Positions 60,713 to 64,000 of a stretch of 64,000 nt of DNA are shown piece after piece. This DNA is from the human T2T-CHM13v2.0 reference genome, Homo sapiens: NCBI RefSeq assembly GCF_009914755.1, contig NC_060946.1; one strand, given 5' to 3'. The position numbers and the translations under genes were made by a program. The notes under the pieces were generated by a model that had not been told where the DNA came from, did no database searches, and worked only from the letters and a program-made list of their open reading frames with translations. Positions within the stretch are counted from its first letter, which is position 1, and every line of letters starts with the position of its first letter.

Positions 60713-62079
60713 TAAAAAAGGAGAGAGCCTCAGAGGCTCAGGGAGGCTAAGTGACTTGCCTAGGTACAGGGTTTCCCGGGAACATCCCTGCCGATGTGCA
60801 GGGGCAAGAGCACAAGAACGAAAGAGGAGCCCACCTTCCTCAGCATCCAAGGTAACAAGAGATCAAGTCTGGCATCAGAAACATCACCCCTCCCATCTCC
60901 AGGCCCAGCCCCACACTGAAGAGATACCCAGAAGTGACGGTGTTCTAAAGGCTTAAATACAAGAAGGATCATCAGGGAGGGGAAGGCCACTGTGCTGGAG
61001 CTACAGTGATGAGCCCCAGGAAAGTGATCACCCCTGGGGTGGCACAACTTAGACTAGAACAAACCCCCATCCTGATCCTAACGGCCCCCAGGCTGCATCC
61101 GTTATGCGACACTCACGTGTGCACACTCTACAAATGGAAAACCCAAAGCTTCTATTTGTCTAGGTCAGTGGTCAAGGACCCCTTTGAGAACTTGTGAGAG
61201 GTGGTGAACGCCTTGCATACCACGTTAGGGGGCTCGCAGAGACTCTGCAGTGCGGTCCATGGACTTTTAGGAGTCCCCTGGTCACAAGCTCAAAGGTAAT
61301 GGGGCACTAGTGCGGCCTCCTTTTCTACCAAGGCAACATGAACAAAGACTTGAGGCAGGATCTCTTCCTTCGTCACCCTCCGGAGGGTTAAGCAGGATCT
61401 CGCTGAGGAAGCAAAGCTGTGGACAGAATAACCCAATAGCAAGAGTCCACGTGGCACGGGAGGGAGGCCGATTCTCCTGCACTGCTCTGGGGTGCCCTGG
61501 ACTCCAGGAACAAGAAGCCCAAAACTGAAGGGTGAACGGTCTCTCCTCCCGACATTTCCATCCCTTGCTCCGGTTCTCAAATGAGCAAGCACACAGCCAG
61601 CCCTGGACATATAGAAGGCATGGCAGGCAATGCCAAGCTTTCCAGAGAAGCATCCCAGAGCCTCCTGCATTCCCCGGGGGAAATGATCAAATACAAGTGA
61701 GGATGAAATCCACTTATTTTGCACTTTACAGAAAAATTAACTTACCGCTCCTAGACTGGGTTGCGGCAGCACCCTTGTCTGAAAGGCTGGCCAACCCCAG
61801 TGTCCTTGAGCAGGCAGCCTGGCCGGCAGGATGACCTTACCAAGTCCTTCCCCAGAAACGTGACTACCGCTTACTTTACCACTCACCAAGCAGCACTCCT
61901 TTGCCCAGGCCACAGTCTGGTTTGAAAGTGGCCAAAGCTGTGGCTGCACATGAAAGAAGGAAGCAGCAGCGGCCCCTGCTCTAGAGAGCTGCCAGATTTG
62001 GGCCAATGCCATCCTGCCCTGGACAGAGCCCCAGGCCCCCTCCTCCCCTCCCCAGTCCAAGATGGGTGCATACAGACTT

Positions 62080-62220
62080 GCACACACACAGATATGCATG
62101 CACACAGACACGTGCAAAGATCTGTGCACACAGAGGTGCAGAGACATGCACACAGAGACCTGTGCAAACAGACATGCACATATACAAACACACACACACA
62201 CATGCCTGCATACAGACACC
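62080..62220. repeat. Degenerate (CA)-rich tract
   Basis: CACACAGA/CATGCA repeats. Confidence 0.8.
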
Positions 62221-64000
62221 CCAGAGGATGCTGGGATATGGCCGAAGTCAGGCCAACCTGGAGGTAAGCGCTGGATTCTCCTCACTGGTTCAGGAAATCC
62301 GGCAAATTATTTAAATGTCCTGAACCTCCCTTTCTTCATCTGTACAATGGGAATGAAAAGGCCCACCTCCCAGGACCCTGTTGGTAATTAAATAACGGCC
62401 ACTTGCACTTTATTCTGAGTGCTTTTCACCAGGAATCTCACTTTAGCACACAGCACTCTTGTGAGGTAGATTCTAGTGGTATCCCGTTTTGCAGATGGGG
62501 AAACAAGGCCAGAAGGCTTACTTGCTGAAGGACACACAGGCACTAGCTGCCGGTGTCTGTACCCTGCAGGTCTCACTTGGGGCTCCAGGTCTTCCATCCC
62601 TAACCACTCTGCTCCACTGCCTCTAGGGGTGCAATGAGACAGCGAATGCACACAGAGCATCTGGCAAGGCGTCACATAGGACCTGGTCAACAGCAGTTGC
62701 TCCGTGATCAGGAAGGAGAAGCGCAGAGGTGGACCCGCAAGCTTTCCAGTAGCCCAGGGCCAAAGCACCAGTATCTGTCCTCCTGTCTGCTACCAATCCC
62801 CTCCAGCAGACTCACTTTTAACCCAATTTCTCTAAGATAACAGTGCTGGGAGGTGGAGGAGTGTTATCTCCCCACCCTTACCCCTCCCAGCTGTCTATAT
62901 CGCCCTAAACAGCCAGGAATTTAATAAGCCTGGAGTTGTCTCTGACTCCCAACCACAACCAATTCGGAATGCCCCAGGTCCTGCAGCACAACAAAGGCTG
63001 CCCTGCAAAGCCCGGAAGAGCCTGCGAAGCCTGCCCCGTCCGCGATAGAGCATCACATTCTTCAGATTCTTGTGTAAAAGCCAGAAGTAAGGCAAGGGGG
63101 TGGGGGTGGGGGGGCTCTAATTTCAACCTAAGGGTCATTAAAGCCTGTGACCTGTATTAAAAGGGAAGAGACCCACCCCTCTGCAGCCCCTCTGTACCAC
63201 GCTGGTCCTCCAAGGTGTATGATACTGCACAGGTCAGCACACCCAGGCCTCACAACCAGAAAGCGCCCTCAGCCTAGCGTCCCCACTTTGAGGACATCAA
63301 GCCTCCAGGACACACAGCTAGTCAATGGCAGGAGGGATTTTGCCAGACTGATCTTCAGCATCGTACTGGTGGCCACTATCTATTTCTTTCTGTCTAACAT
63401 AGGTTTAAAGTTCTAGCCAGAGAGTCCACAGAACTAACCCCAGGTAGAGTTCAGGGGAAGACGTTGAGGTGCTGATGGAGACTCGTGAATTCCACAGTGC
63501 TCGGCAGCAAGTAATTAATCTCATGATGAGGCGTTTTTCATGAGCATTTGGCATTATATACCCACCTCCCCCTCGCCCTGGCAAAGGCAGGAAACAGTGG
63601 GCGGCAGGCCGGCTCTGGGCAGAAGGCGGGCTGAGAACAGCATGCTGGTGGGCTAGGAAGGTACGAGGGGGCGGTATCCATTCTTCAGAGGGAGGACAGC
63701 AAAAACCCAGGTTCCCCACAAGGACCAGGCTAACCAGACCTCACACCAGCCTGCCAGCCTTCACCTGCTGTCTACCCGACAGGTCTCTTAGGATGGAACA
63801 GGGAGGGCTGTAATTTACAGCTGGTGCCATAAAGCCAACTAGGTAACGCGACCCAGCAACCACCACTGTGAGGCTATGTGTGGAAGTCTACAAAAACCCA
63901 ATTTCACAACTATTGTCCACATAGTGGTTGAAGTGGGATGAGAAGGCAGGAGAGGCGATGGAAGTAGATATGGAAAATAACTGGCCTGAAAATGAGGAGC

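Overview
Human genomic DNA containing the 5' part of MYH9 (non-muscle myosin heavy chain IIA) on the minus strand. The window covers ~20.5 kb of the distal part of intron 1, then coding exons 2-17 (ATG at 43422; codons 1 to ~720, most of the motor domain). Exon 1, the promoter and exons 18 onward lie outside it. All 16 exons were placed by translation and GT-AG boundaries and join in one frame. Introns are rich in Alus, with MER20, MIR, L1/L2 remnants and a MADE1 MITE. The most interesting hidden structure is an alternative-splicing layer at the two variable surface loops of the motor: (1) an intact 63-nt in-frame loop-2 cassette exon (2958-3020) resembling the MYH10 B2 insert; (2) three candidate loop-1 microexons in intron 5, namely a 12/15-nt stop-containing poison exon, a 24-nt exon and a 36-nt exon; (3) a U12-type GT-AG intron 7. 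Also notable are a 4x53-bp minisatellite built from a tailless 5S rRNA fragment plus its target-site duplication, a cluster of three perfect CArG boxes with TEAD/AP-1/ETS sites in intron 3, and two tailless Alus with TSDs. Repeat boundaries and subfamilies are approximate (read by eye). Statements about paralogues and prior literature are from memory and need verification.
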